The position numbers were made by a program, and so were the translations under genes. Shown here one piece after another: positions 1 through 11,004 of a stretch of DNA of 64,000 nt; within the stretch, counting starts at the first letter, position 1; every line of letters begins with the position of its first letter. Origin of the DNA: Mantamonas sphyraenae STR306 (lineage: Eukaryota; Protista; CRuMs); the NCBI GenBank assembly GCA_026936335.1, contig JAPMXV010000071.1:124001-188000 (forward strand), in the 5' to 3' direction. A model generated the notes under the pieces. The model did no database searches and had not been told where the DNA came from. It was given only the letters and a program-made list of their open reading frames with translations.

Positions 1-589
1 CTGGACATCGACTGCACGCACGAATACTACAACGAGACGATTAGTGGACAGAACAACGCCAAACTGATGGCCACGCTGTTTCCAGACATGACAGAGGATG
101 AGAGGGCACAGTTTGCGTGGGACAAGGAAGCGTTGTTTCGAGAGCAGGGTCGGCATGTGCTGGAGCCCCTCGCAGGACTCATCGACCTGCTGGATGCCCT
201 GCAGGCGCGCTCCATCAAGATTGCCGCCGTCACCAACGCCCCTCGCGAGAATGCAGAGATGATTATTGAGACTCTGGGTGTGGGCAGCTACTTTGAGACG
301 CTGGTGATCGGCGACGAGTGCGCCGCACCCAAACCCGACCCAGAGCCGTACCTGGAAGCGGCACGACGTATGCAAGTGGACCCCACACGGTGTGTGGTGT
401 TTGAAGACTCGCCCACAGGGGCCGCAGCAGGCGTGGCAGCAGGCTGCACCACCGTGGGCATCCTCACCTCCCAGCAGGCGCAGGTTTATGACCAAGGTGG
501 GGTGTACAGACGTCTGTGACGATTACACACAGGTGAGGTTGGACCAATTGGCTGTGCTGGGCAATGATCTGGTGGGAGAGCGGCAATGA
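1..589 (+). CDS. HAD-superfamily hydrolase (CbbY/beta-phosphoglucomutase-like), 5'-truncated by the window edge; apparent +1 frameshift near 484-488
   Basis: Frame 1 is open from base 1, with HAD motifs II-IV (AVTNAP, KPDPEPY, VFEDSPTG). The expected C-terminal strand/helix (MTKVGCTDVCDDYTQVRLDQL) is in frame 2 and ends at TGA 589. Confidence 0.88.
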
Positions 590-617
590 AACCAAAAAAA
601 AGCACACAGCTCACCCG

Positions 618-698
618 ATGTCAGTGGCAGAGGGCAATCGGCTGCGGACAAAGGGCTCCCTTGGTTTTCCTCCGCCAAATTCCCTTCAGAAATCGTTG

Positions 699-742
<44 letters not shown>

Positions 743-3700
743 GGATGCTGGGCAAAACACAAGGATCATCCCCAACAACACACCGTTGCCTTTTGAGCAC
801 GAGATGCCGCGATTTGTGGGTCTGACAGCTCACCAGCTGGCGGTAAAGAACATGATAAGTGCACACTCGCGTGATTGGATACCGTGGATCATCCCGTACA
901 CGGAAGCGGCGGGGCTCCACGACCGACGTTTGGGAAGCAGCGACCCAGTGGTCAAAGCGGTGCTCACTCATTTGCAAGAGTCATACGGAGCTGCGGCATC
1001 TGCGAGTCAACGTGACACACTGGAGGCTGGGCCGGGGCGCGTGTTGCGTGGAGAGACGTTGCAGGCGGTGTTGACGGCGTGGGAGGGCAGCGCGACGCGT
1101 TTGGAGCAAGAGGAAGAGCTGGCTGGTCTGCTGCGACAGGATGCAAGGGGCGTCACCAGCTGGGTGGGCATGTTTATTACCAGCAGTGATCTGATGGAGA
1201 TTGTGCAGGAGACAGGGCACATGCCCATGTTGTTGGCGGCGCTGGTGTTTCTGCCGTCCGAGTTGGACACGAACACAGGAACAAACGACGTCCGCACAGA
1301 CCGCCAGGCCGCAAGCCTCAAGCTGTTTTCCAGCACAAAAGTCATCCAGTTTGGCTTTCGAGTGCTCGAGAGTGTCCAGAAGCTGATGGCACACGCACAG
1401 AGCGAACGCAAACGGCGTGCGTGGCTGCGGGCGTGTGTCACGTACAAGAGCATGATGATTGGTCATGCACATGACACCGATGGGGTGCTGGAACACGTCA
1501 AACGGGCACGCACATATGCTCTCTTGTGCCAAGACATGCCACAGGCGTTTGTGCACCCAGTGGGCGAGCTAAACTTTGCGCACCTGCGCACCCAGGAGGA
1601 CTACCAGGACCCGACCAGAGTGCTTCCGCCCATGCTCATGGAGCGTCACACCGCAAGCTTTCGCACGCGTGTGATGCAGCTGTGGGAGGAGTTTGAGGCG
1701 TCGACTGCAACGAAACCGGAGCTGCACGTGCACATCGACTTTTTGCGAGGCTCGTTCGACACGCCAGAGTACGACACCGAGTCACCCGTGACTTGGTTGT
1801 CTTCATTTGTGCTCGACAAACTGATGGAGGGGATCGACGACGACACGGCCGAACTGCACATCCGGCTGTGGCGAGTCGCACGTGACAACCAGCTGTACAG
1901 CATTCAAGGGAAGAAGGTCACAGACCACTATTCCATTGAGGATGTCAGCACACCCGCACAGTGGCACGAGTATTGCCGTGTGGCCCCCAAGGAAAAGTGG
2001 ACTCTCGCGGGCGATCTACGACCCATTATCCGGTGTTCGTCACTTGACAGCATGTACATGTGCATCAAAACGTACGACAGCAGCGGGTCGTCGCTGCGCA
2101 AGGTGACGCTGCAGTGTGTGGACACGTCGTGCGCCAAGCAGCGTGAGGTCATGCTCCCCCACGAGAGTGCTCATAGGTTCACCCTGGTGAGCAGCTTGAC
2201 GGGCGTGTCCAAAGACTTTTGGGGGAACCATCATCGTGTCCGAGACGAGCTCACAGGGCTGGCTCGTGGAGAAACGGTGCATCGGGATGAGACCACGTTC
2301 GACACCTCCGTCAACCCGCAAGATCATCGCGATGATTACATTGCATCGTGGCTCATGTCTCTTCTGGGTGGGCTTTTGGATGCCACGGTCATGGAGGCGG
2401 CAGAGGAGGAGATGGGTGAGGCGTTTGCGTGTGACTCGGTGGTGATTGCGCCCAAGGAAACCGAAGGAGGCATTTTCGTGTCGCACGGCTACGTGAGTAT
2501 GCTGGAGGTGTCGGAAGAGGAGGAATGCTTGGACATGTTGCACGTGCTCGATGCCAGTGCGGCGGGCGACAAGTTGCTGGGCTACGGCGAGTGGCTGGGC
2601 GATTCAGGCTACGGATTCCAGGCACATCAAATCAAGTCCGAATACCGTCTGACCAGGGTGGGGACTGGGTACGCAGAAACGACGACAAGTCGACCAAGGA
2701 CTCTGGTGAATGTGATTGCTGCGACGCGCACTGATTTGGATGCCTATGACGCAGTGATTCACTTTGCCGACCCCGTCATGGTGCCAAACGCCCCATTGTG
2801 GAGTTCAAGCGGCCACCAGCTGAGCATGGACGAGAATCACGCACGCAATGACACCCACGGCGTGATGGCACTTCTGCGTGATCTGATTGGCGATCATGTT
2901 GTCGAGTACGCCGTGGAGGCGTCCGCTGTGCCGATGTGGTCGCTGGAAGGTCTGCGTCAAGAGGACATGCACTTTGCCGTGTCCCTTCCCTTGGCCAGTG
3001 ACCCCTCGCGTGCACAGGTGCATGTTGTGCTGCTCCAGCGAGCGAGCGCCATGCAAGAAGTGCTGCAACGCACGCTGCTGGCTCTGAACAAGGCGCTTTG
3101 TTGCACGAGCGTTGCTCTCGACGCCAATGCACTCACAAGCGTGCCGTTGTTGGCGACGGCACTGCACAGCGATGCTCAGGCTGGTAAAGGCCACTGGCAG
3201 GTGGGCGTGGACACATCTGGCGTCGACGATCTCATCCGAGCTATTGTGACAGGCTTGATCTACTCCGGCTCGGACAGCACATGGCATCTGCGCTATGTCA
3301 GCGTGTTTCGCAGGACCAACGCCACTCTGCAAGAGTTGCCAAAGCCAACGTACGACCGGCTGCGTCGAGAGCTGCACGTTGTGGAGACGCTCCTGCAGTG
3401 CGGCAGCGCAAAATCAACGTCGATAGAGCGGTTTGACGAGCTCGCCGGGTTGCAAATGAGCCACGCAGCCATGTTTATGCCGTGGGCTCGCAATCTGCTG
3501 ACTGACAGGTTGCACAGCATGTTTTCACGGACTGATGCCACCGAGGCCCATCTGATGGATGCACTGGACGAATTGTTGCAACGTGCACAGGACAAGCGCT
3601 TCCTCGTGGACATGACGGCAAATGACAGCCACGCACGAGTGATTGTGGATCTCGCTGCCAGTGCGTGTGAACGTATTGGTGCCATGCAGGAGCTCCTGGA

Positions 3701-6700
3701 GGACTCTGGAGGCATGCTGCCCGACGAAAGGGAGCTGCCGAGTGGGGAGTCGAAGTGTGTGATGCTGGCGACGTTTGTTGTGGACACGAGCGATGTCAAC
3801 AGCCTTGCAGAGGTGAGGGCACAAATGCGATACGACGATGTGGCTGCACGCTGTGTGCGCTGGCTGGAGTCGGAGTGGAACCATTCGTACCATTCGTCCA
3901 ATGACCCGCTTACGGTACCAAAATTGGACAGGGAGCTGGCGAGCGTGCGCGGCGCGGATGCGTCCAGCCTGCCGGTCGCTGTGTGCGTTGATCTTTTGCG
4001 TGGTCTGTCCAACATCGTGAGCATGTGTCAGTACGTACGTGTGCTGAGCGTGACGTCTGTATGTGCGTTTCGTCGCCAATTGGCGTGTTTGCAGGGCGAC
4101 GAGGAGAGCGAAGAGACGAGCGCCCTGCGTGCGTTTCTTCACGCGCCGGTGACGCCAGACGGCGTGTTTGATCACCGTCTTCTACACAAGGGTAGGTGCT
4201 ACAAACACAGTGCGGCCATTGTGTATGCAGTTATGGAGCGCGAAAGGATGCTCGCTGGGGCACTGGCAACCGAGGGGAAACAGGGTGCGACGGCGTGGCA
4301 CCAGCAACCCCACGCGAAAGTGCGCAATGTGCAGGACAGTTGGGACAGGACCCAACTGTTGGAAGAGAAGCTGGCCATGATCCCTCCGTACCCTCGGACC
4401 GAGATCGTGCAGCTCGTGGAGGAAGGACACAGGCAGCGATTCGGCGTGCTCTCCGATGCGCGCATCAGCTACTCGCCGTACGACCGCTACTTCCAGAACC
4501 AGACGTACATGTTGATGAACCTGCAACTCAAGCTTCCGCAAACCATGTGTAGGAAAGTGACGTGGGTGGACAACCCGCGTGGCAAACTGTTGACACGCGT
4601 GGTGCGCCACCTGTGCCACATGCACGTGGGCGTCCACGATGTGGTGAGGCTGGACGAAGACGAGGGCACGTGGCATTTGGACATGGGTGCCTTTATGCAC
4701 GTGTTGATGCACACACCGTTGCACCCCACGCGTGCTTGCGTCCGTTTGGACCTGCAAAAAGGCGGCACCGTGATCACCACAGACAACGCGCTCACCGGTC
4801 GAACAGACGTGACTGTGGACGGTGTGCCCATTTCGCGCGACGCTTGTCAACGTATGTGCTTCATTCCAGCACAGGCCATGCTGACAAAGCTCACGGAATT
4901 GGCCGAAACTCTGTGTGATGTGATGAGAGGGTACGCACAGCGCGACATGTCCCTGGACAAGTACGGAAACCACAACTACGGGTCGCCATCCGCCCTTCTC
5001 GCCCTGCACAAGGCACCCAGCTGGCCACCAACAGCCGCTGCAGTGCAAGCGTACCTGCAGTGGCAACGAACCCTGCCTGCGACTCGCCGTGCAAAGGACG
5101 TTGTGTATGTGGAGGTTCTGTTAGGCGAGGACAAGTTTTTGCGCGGCCCATACCACGCGTTTATGGCCACGCAGAGTGCGACGCGCCAGTACGCCTATTC
5201 GCCGCCCCCGAGTGTGCAGAAGGACCAACCGGGCGGCAAGTCGCCGGACAAACACCATGCCATCCAATTGGCGTTGGACTACTTCGTGCGTCTGGTGAGC
5301 ACGCTTGAGGACAGGAAGCAGCAACTGCGTGCAGACACGCACGGACGCGTGTTGCTCACGTTTTTGGTGCATGGTCACGACGCATCCCGTGTGATGGATG
5401 CCGACGACGTGTTGATGCTGCTGGGTGATCTGCCCAGCGTCCACACTCTGTATGTGGATGCGAGGATGATGCGAGAGATGCAAATCGAGCTGCAACTTGC
5501 TGCAGATGCACCGGATGGAAGTATGAGTGGCCTGGCGACCTGGCTTGCGGCTTGGTTGATGTATGCTTACTGGTACGTGCTTTCCATGCACGCAGACAGC
5601 GAAGCTGCGATTGAATACGAGCTGGGAAGTCGAGAGCGCAACTCCTTGCTCCGCCTCCATTGCTCACCTCAGCAAAAACAGTTCTCCATGGAGGTGGCCC
5701 TTACGCTGAGTCACCTTCGTGCCCTGGCCACGCAAGAGTCGTACTATTCCCGAGCGTGGAAGTTGCCAGAGTACGTGATACCCGTCGACCGCTCGCTGCG
5801 CCTTGAGGGAGAGGAGACACGTGCGCAGCTGCGCAAGCTGCTGTGCCGGTTGCATCTGACCATGATCAGGGCAGACCGATCACTCAAATCTGCAGAGGAA
5901 TCACGCCGATCGTTCGGCGCGTCCAGCGATTTGCCATGGGGAGGTCAGCAACTGCGACTGCTGTGCCTGTACATGGGCGTTGCACCGGACGAGTTGGACC
6001 AAGTGGAGGACATGCGAAGCACACGTGATTTCATCATGACGTTTGCGCAGGGACAGATGGTGTTTGCTCCGCAGATGCCGTTCACTGCGGAGGAGGTGCG
6101 ATCGATGAGTTGGGAGCTGACGCACGGCATGGGCAGGTCAGCGGTGATTGGCGCGGTGGCCAACGCAGCGGTAGACTTGATCCAGTTGAGCGACACGCTT
6201 GGACAGATCATGCGGTTGTTCAACAGCACACGCGACTACGCCCTTGCGGCCGAATGTGCAGCCAACCGGTTTGAGATGGCGTACAAGGAATCGCAAAAGG
6301 ACAGGCAGCTTGATTTGAACCGCATTCAACGGCGAGAAGCGTGGGATCTGTTGTGCCTGCTGCTGGGCGACGAAGAAGTTGAGACGATCAAGAGCATGGA
6401 CGATCTCTATGCGCTGTTGGATCCAAAGGAGGGCCAGTTTCTGGCCAAAGTACGCAATGAGGTGTTTGATGAGGAGCAGCGTGACGAATTGCAAGCGGCC
6501 ATGCGCAGGGTGATGCATGCGGCGGTGACCAACGTCAGTCGGGCCAACCCGAGCGTAAACGTGTCTTTGGAGCACAGAGATTTCGGGTCGACGTCGTCAT
6601 CGTCGTCGTCGTCGTCGTCGTCAGCCTCGCCCACACCGAGGAAAGGGAAGAAGGCTGCTGCATCGAAGCGAAGCAAGTCTTCATTCAGTGATTCCATCTC

Positions 6701-6887
6701 CATCTCCGAGTCATCCATCTCCTCACAAGATGAAACGGAGGAAGAGGCACGACCAAGTGTGCACGTGCCCCAATCGCCGGGCCTGTTGGAGCGGTGTTTC
6801 GACGAGATGGTGTTCACGCTGATGGAGACCCTGCTGTACACGCGTGCAGCGTATGAAGAGGCCACGGAAACAACAACACATCGTTGA
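618..6887 (+). CDS. Very large intronless uncharacterised protein (~2089 aa); may be one gene with 6887-10966
   Basis: Uninterrupted 6.3 kb ORF; first ATG at 618 (MSVAEG); poly-Ser tracts near both ends; no catalytic motif recognised. Confidence 0.8.
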
Positions 6888-9800
6888 TGACGTGGGCCGA
6901 CACCTGGGACTGTGGGTACATCCAGTGGCGCTCTCAAACAGAAACGACCGCCGAGGAAAGCATGCAATGGATTTTTGACGGCAAGCTGAAGGGCGATGCT
7001 GGCATGCGGCGCTTTGTGGACGGTGAGCGCGTCGGGGAAGAAGAGAAAGAGCACAAGAGCACGCGCAGAGAACACCACACAGATGTGCAGGAACTGGGCA
7101 CATGGAACGCTGGACGCATCGAAACATGGGTGGACATGGACCCTAGGCTGGTGCAATGGCGTGATGTGATGGCTGACGACGTGTCTGTGCCCAAGGAGCG
7201 TTGCGACGCGATGCAGAACATTCCAGGCGAAGGGATGCCGTTGGTGCAATTTCAACAGGTTGTACGAGAGACAGCACGGGAAAATCTGAGGCATCTGTAT
7301 CACATGTGCATGAGCAGCGACGAGGTGTGCGAAAACTTGATGGAAAGCGTCGGGGTGGCAGAGGATTGGGACAGTGAGGACCACATGGAGACCACGGCTC
7401 TGGTGCGCAAGCGATATGCGCGTTTGATCCTGGATGAGTACGGCATGATGCTCTGGAAGCAGGTGGAGGCGTTTGATGCCAAGATACAGCTGATGGAGAC
7501 GGAGGTGACCCGGCATTTGGGTGACTATGCCAAGTGGGACGATTCACTGTTGTTCGCAGTGTCACAACCCAGCGGGATGTTGGATGCATTGCGCAGCATG
7601 ATTCTGGCAGACCTGGAGACAAGAATGCTACAGATGGCACATGAGGACCAAGGCCCGTCATTGGGAGCGGATCCAACAAAGTACCTGCGACGGCTGTGTG
7701 ACCAGATCACGAGGACGCACCTGAAGAAGGTTCAGGAGTACCACAGGGATGCGTACGAGACAGGTAGCATGTTCCAACAGAAGCTGAAGGAGAGGCTTGC
7801 GGAAGAGGCCAAGGCTGTCGACTCCCTCGTGCGCGTCGAGCTGGAAAAGAAGAGGGCCCGACGAGCATTGGATCATGTGGAACGACGGCTGATGTTGCGC
7901 CGCTCACAACTGCAGGCATTGGAGCAACAGAAGCCCAGCAAAGACAGCACCAGCGAAGAGCAAGAGAAATGGCTGAAAGATATGGAGCTGGCGCAAAGTG
8001 AACTCAGCAAGGTCTTCACATCGGAAGCAGACATAGAACTGTCCACAACTGGGCAGTTTGAAGACGTGGAGTTTCATTCGCACGTACGTGTCACCACTAT
8101 GTTTGACGGACTGCCTGTCGACCGATGGGCTGCGTCGCGTGGCGAGTCAGCCCTGCAGGAGCTGCTGCTGGCGCTGGGGTCGCAACGCACACATGCAGTG
8201 CACACGCTTGCGCATGAGCTAATGCCTCGCAGGCTGGATGTACAAGAGGATCTGATCAAACTTCTGCACGGTTCGACCAATGACCAATACGCACTGACGT
8301 CCACGGATGACGGGATCCACGCTTTTCTGGCGCACGGAGAGGTTCAGTCGTGGCACATTCCAAACATGGTGGTGGACTTGATTGTACCACTGATGAAGTA
8401 CGCAAACACATTGGTGTGGCCAGAGAATAGCCCGCGCACGCGCATGCTGCTCGCCATCCGAGGGCTGGTGGTCGCCGCACCCAACATTACACGTGATTTG
8501 CACGCAGTGTGTGCCAATTGGATCCAGGAGAGCGATGAAGTGGATGATCAGACACAGAGTTTGGAGACAGGTGACGCGACATCGTGCACGGCAACGGCCG
8601 AAGAGCGAAGCGCTTTGGTGATTGCCCTGCAGCTGTGGAGGCGTGTTTGTGTGGCTGTGACGACGCACACAGGACGCAAGGGAGATTACGCGGCAGTTGC
8701 CCAGAGCTGTGCGGATTCTTTGGCTTTGATGGAGCATGTGCCGCACGCAGAGCGCGTGCTGACGCTGGGGGAACTGGAAGATCTGCTCCAGGGTGGAGCA
8801 CGCAGTGACGTGAACAGCGGTACCGGTGACAACAGTTCACATTCTCATTGTCAACCGCTGCTGGACGCATTCTCAGGTGTAGCGGGAGTGGCGGCGCAGC
8901 ATCGTCCCGGTTTCTGGGAACGGCAGATCGAAGAGACGCAAACACTGGCCAAAGCAAGGAAGCGCATGGTGGAGTGGACATGCAGACGCAGCATCATGGA
9001 TGAAATCGACCAGGCTCGTCAATTGGCGTCGAAGATGGTCCGTGATCTGGACGAGGACCAACAGGATGAGGCGGCGGTCGATGCCATCCAAAATCTGCAT
9101 GCACGCGCAGAGCACCTGGAATCTACGATGGAACAACGCGTACGTGACTCGGTAGACATGGTGGATCGTGAGCTCGCCCAGTCGCTGGCAGAGATGGAGA
9201 GGCGGGCCGCGCACGAGGCGACTTACCACAGGGGGAACTACGACGATGACGAGGCGTCTGCTCTGCAGGATGTGATCCAGCGACTGAAAAACACGGTTGA
9301 GGAAAGCAAGGAGAGGCTGTCGACATACGGCATGGAGGAAGACGGTGTGCAGGACGCAATGACGACGTCGTCGTCGTCTTCAACCGCCACAGCTGAGCCG
9401 AAAACGCACCACTTTAAGATGAAGAATCTTAGTGTGTTTCAAGAAAAGCTGGTGGAGGAGATAAGGGCACACGATGGAGACGTCCGTGCTGGAGCAAGTT
9501 TGCTGTTCAAAGGTGACATGGCGCACGAGGCGGCCGAGCATGCAGAAGGGATGAACACGGTCAAGGGGGGCGCAGGTATGGACGAACCAATGTGGTTTAT
9601 CAATCTGAAGAGCGAACTGGACGGCTTTGTGATGGCAGCGGAAGGATTGGAGGCCAACGTCAGCGGGTACTTGGCAGGCCTGTTGGGCCACGAAAACATG
9701 CGATCGGGAGTACTGCTGCACTCTGTTCTGGCGAGTGTGAAACAAGTGGAGATTGCGTCGTGTGGCAGTGCGCAAATGTTGTTGGAATGGGGCGCAGCGG

Positions 9801-10966
9801 CGAACGAGTTGAACACGTTGTCGTGCCTGTGGAAGCACCTACACATGTTGTGTGTGCAGAGTGACTTGGACGCACGATTTGGACATGCGTGGGCGCCGTT
9901 GCGTGTGGTTCGTGCGGTGCACGATGTCTGTGCGCTGTTGGTCACTGGTCAGGAGCTTGCACGGCAGCGGATGGAACTCAGCATGGGTAGCTGCCTGGAG
10001 GAGAGCGTGGAGGATCTGCACACGCTGACGTGGCTGCCTCTGAGAAATTTGGATGCCGATCAGGAGCTGCAAGGATGGGAAGAGGTGTCGTTCCTGGGCC
10101 AGACGCGTCTGGGACGCGTGGAGCGCAGGGTGGCGCTGCAGCTTTGGCAAAACAGATTGGTACGCTGCATGAGGGTGTACAACATCGACACCAGCGATGA
10201 AGCCGACATGAACGAGCTCGCTTGGATGGCACACGAGATGGGCATGTGGAACAAGCGGCTGGAGGACGTGTTGGTTCGTCGCAAACCGCGCAGGGTGACG
10301 TGGAAGGATACGACCAAGATGGGGGTTGGCGCAGGCGCCGGTGACCACGAAGAGTTGTTTGTGGATAGCGTGTGCACGCTGGTGGAACAGGTAGGGACGC
10401 TGAGATTGCTGCAAATTGACTTTCTGGTGTGTGGAGGGATTTCAGACGTGACGAGGCTGTGGACGGCAGTTTCTCGCTCGCCGTCGCTGCGTACGTTGTC
10501 GCTGAAGAGCGCAAGCATGTCTGTGGCAGATTTGCTGCAGCTTCTTGATGCTGTGGAGAACCAGAACTGGATTCTGAGCACGCTGGAGCTGATCGACCTG
10601 GAGCTGACCATTGCCGAGGTGGATGACCACGACAGTGGCTACCGTTACCTTCGTTCTCACGGCTCCGCGTTGCAACGACGCCTGCGTGTGTTTTGCGAGC
10701 AGACCATGTGCACACTGCATGGAGTGCCACAGGAGTGGCACAGCAAGCTTGGCTTGAGCGGTCAGACGCCATCCAGCGAATGGGTGGTGCGCGTGGCCCA
10801 CGACGTCGAGCGCACAAGCATTGTCAACTTTTTGGGCGCCCATGTGGAGATGCGCACGGAGGAGGAGGGCAGCGACGAGAAACAGAACAGCTCCAGCAGC
10901 CGACGTTTCCCCTCACGAAGCCGCCCCAAGACTGCATCGAAGATGAGCGGATACCGAAAGTATTGA
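6887..10966 (+). CDS. Large intronless uncharacterised protein (~1359 aa) with coiled coils and a C-terminal LRR-like segment
   Basis: 4.1 kb ORF; ATG 6887 overlaps the upstream TGA (TGATG); heptad-rich helical regions; LRTLSLKSASMSVADLLQLLDAV...LSTLEL resembles an RNI-like LRR. Confidence 0.78.
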   Translation: MTWADTWDCGYIQWRSQTETTAEESMQWIFDGKLKGDAGMRRFVDGERVGEEEKEHKSTRREHHTDVQELGTWNAGRIETWVDMDPRLVQWRDVMADDVSVPKERCDAMQNIPGEGMPLVQFQQVVRETARENLRHLYHMCMSSDEVCENLMESVGVAEDWDSEDHMETTALVRKRYARLILDEYGMMLWKQVEAFDAKIQLMETEVTRHLGDYAKWDDSLLFAVSQPSGMLDALRSMILADLETRMLQMAHEDQGPSLGADPTKYLRRLCDQITRTHLKKVQEYHRDAYETGSMFQQKLKERLAEEAKAVDSLVRVELEKKRARRALDHVERRLMLRRSQLQALEQQKPSKDSTSEEQEKWLKDMELAQSELSKVFTSEADIELSTTGQFEDVEFHSHVRVTTMFDGLPVDRWAASRGESALQELLLALGSQRTHAVHTLAHELMPRRLDVQEDLIKLLHGSTNDQYALTSTDDGIHAFLAHGEVQSWHIPNMVVDLIVPLMKYANTLVWPENSPRTRMLLAIRGLVVAAPNITRDLHAVCANWIQESDEVDDQTQSLETGDATSCTATAEERSALVIALQLWRRVCVAVTTHTGRKGDYAAVAQSCADSLALMEHVPHAERVLTLGELEDLLQGGARSDVNSGTGDNSSHSHCQPLLDAFSGVAGVAAQHRPGFWERQIEETQTLAKARKRMVEWTCRRSIMDEIDQARQLASKMVRDLDEDQQDEAAVDAIQNLHARAEHLESTMEQRVRDSVDMVDRELAQSLAEMERRAAHEATYHRGNYDDDEASALQDVIQRLKNTVEESKERLSTYGMEEDGVQDAMTTSSSSSTATAEPKTHHFKMKNLSVFQEKLVEEIRAHDGDVRAGASLLFKGDMAHEAAEHAEGMNTVKGGAGMDEPMWFINLKSELDGFVMAAEGLEANVSGYLAGLLGHENMRSGVLLHSVLASVKQVEIASCGSAQMLLEWGAAANELNTLSCLWKHLHMLCVQSDLDARFGHAWAPLRVVRAVHDVCALLVTGQELARQRMELSMGSCLEESVEDLHTLTWLPLRNLDADQELQGWEEVSFLGQTRLGRVERRVALQLWQNRLVRCMRVYNIDTSDEADMNELAWMAHEMGMWNKRLEDVLVRRKPRRVTWKDTTKMGVGAGAGDHEELFVDSVCTLVEQVGTLRLLQIDFLVCGGISDVTRLWTAVSRSPSLRTLSLKSASMSVADLLQLLDAVENQNWILSTLELIDLELTIAEVDDHDSGYRYLRSHGSALQRRLRVFCEQTMCTLHGVPQEWHSKLGLSGQTPSSEWVVRVAHDVERTSIVNFLGAHVEMRTEEEGSDEKQNSSSSRRFPSRSRPKTASKMSGYRKY

Positions 10967-11004
10967 GGTGATGATGGGTTGTGTGTGCAGCGCAATGCAT
11001 TCAT

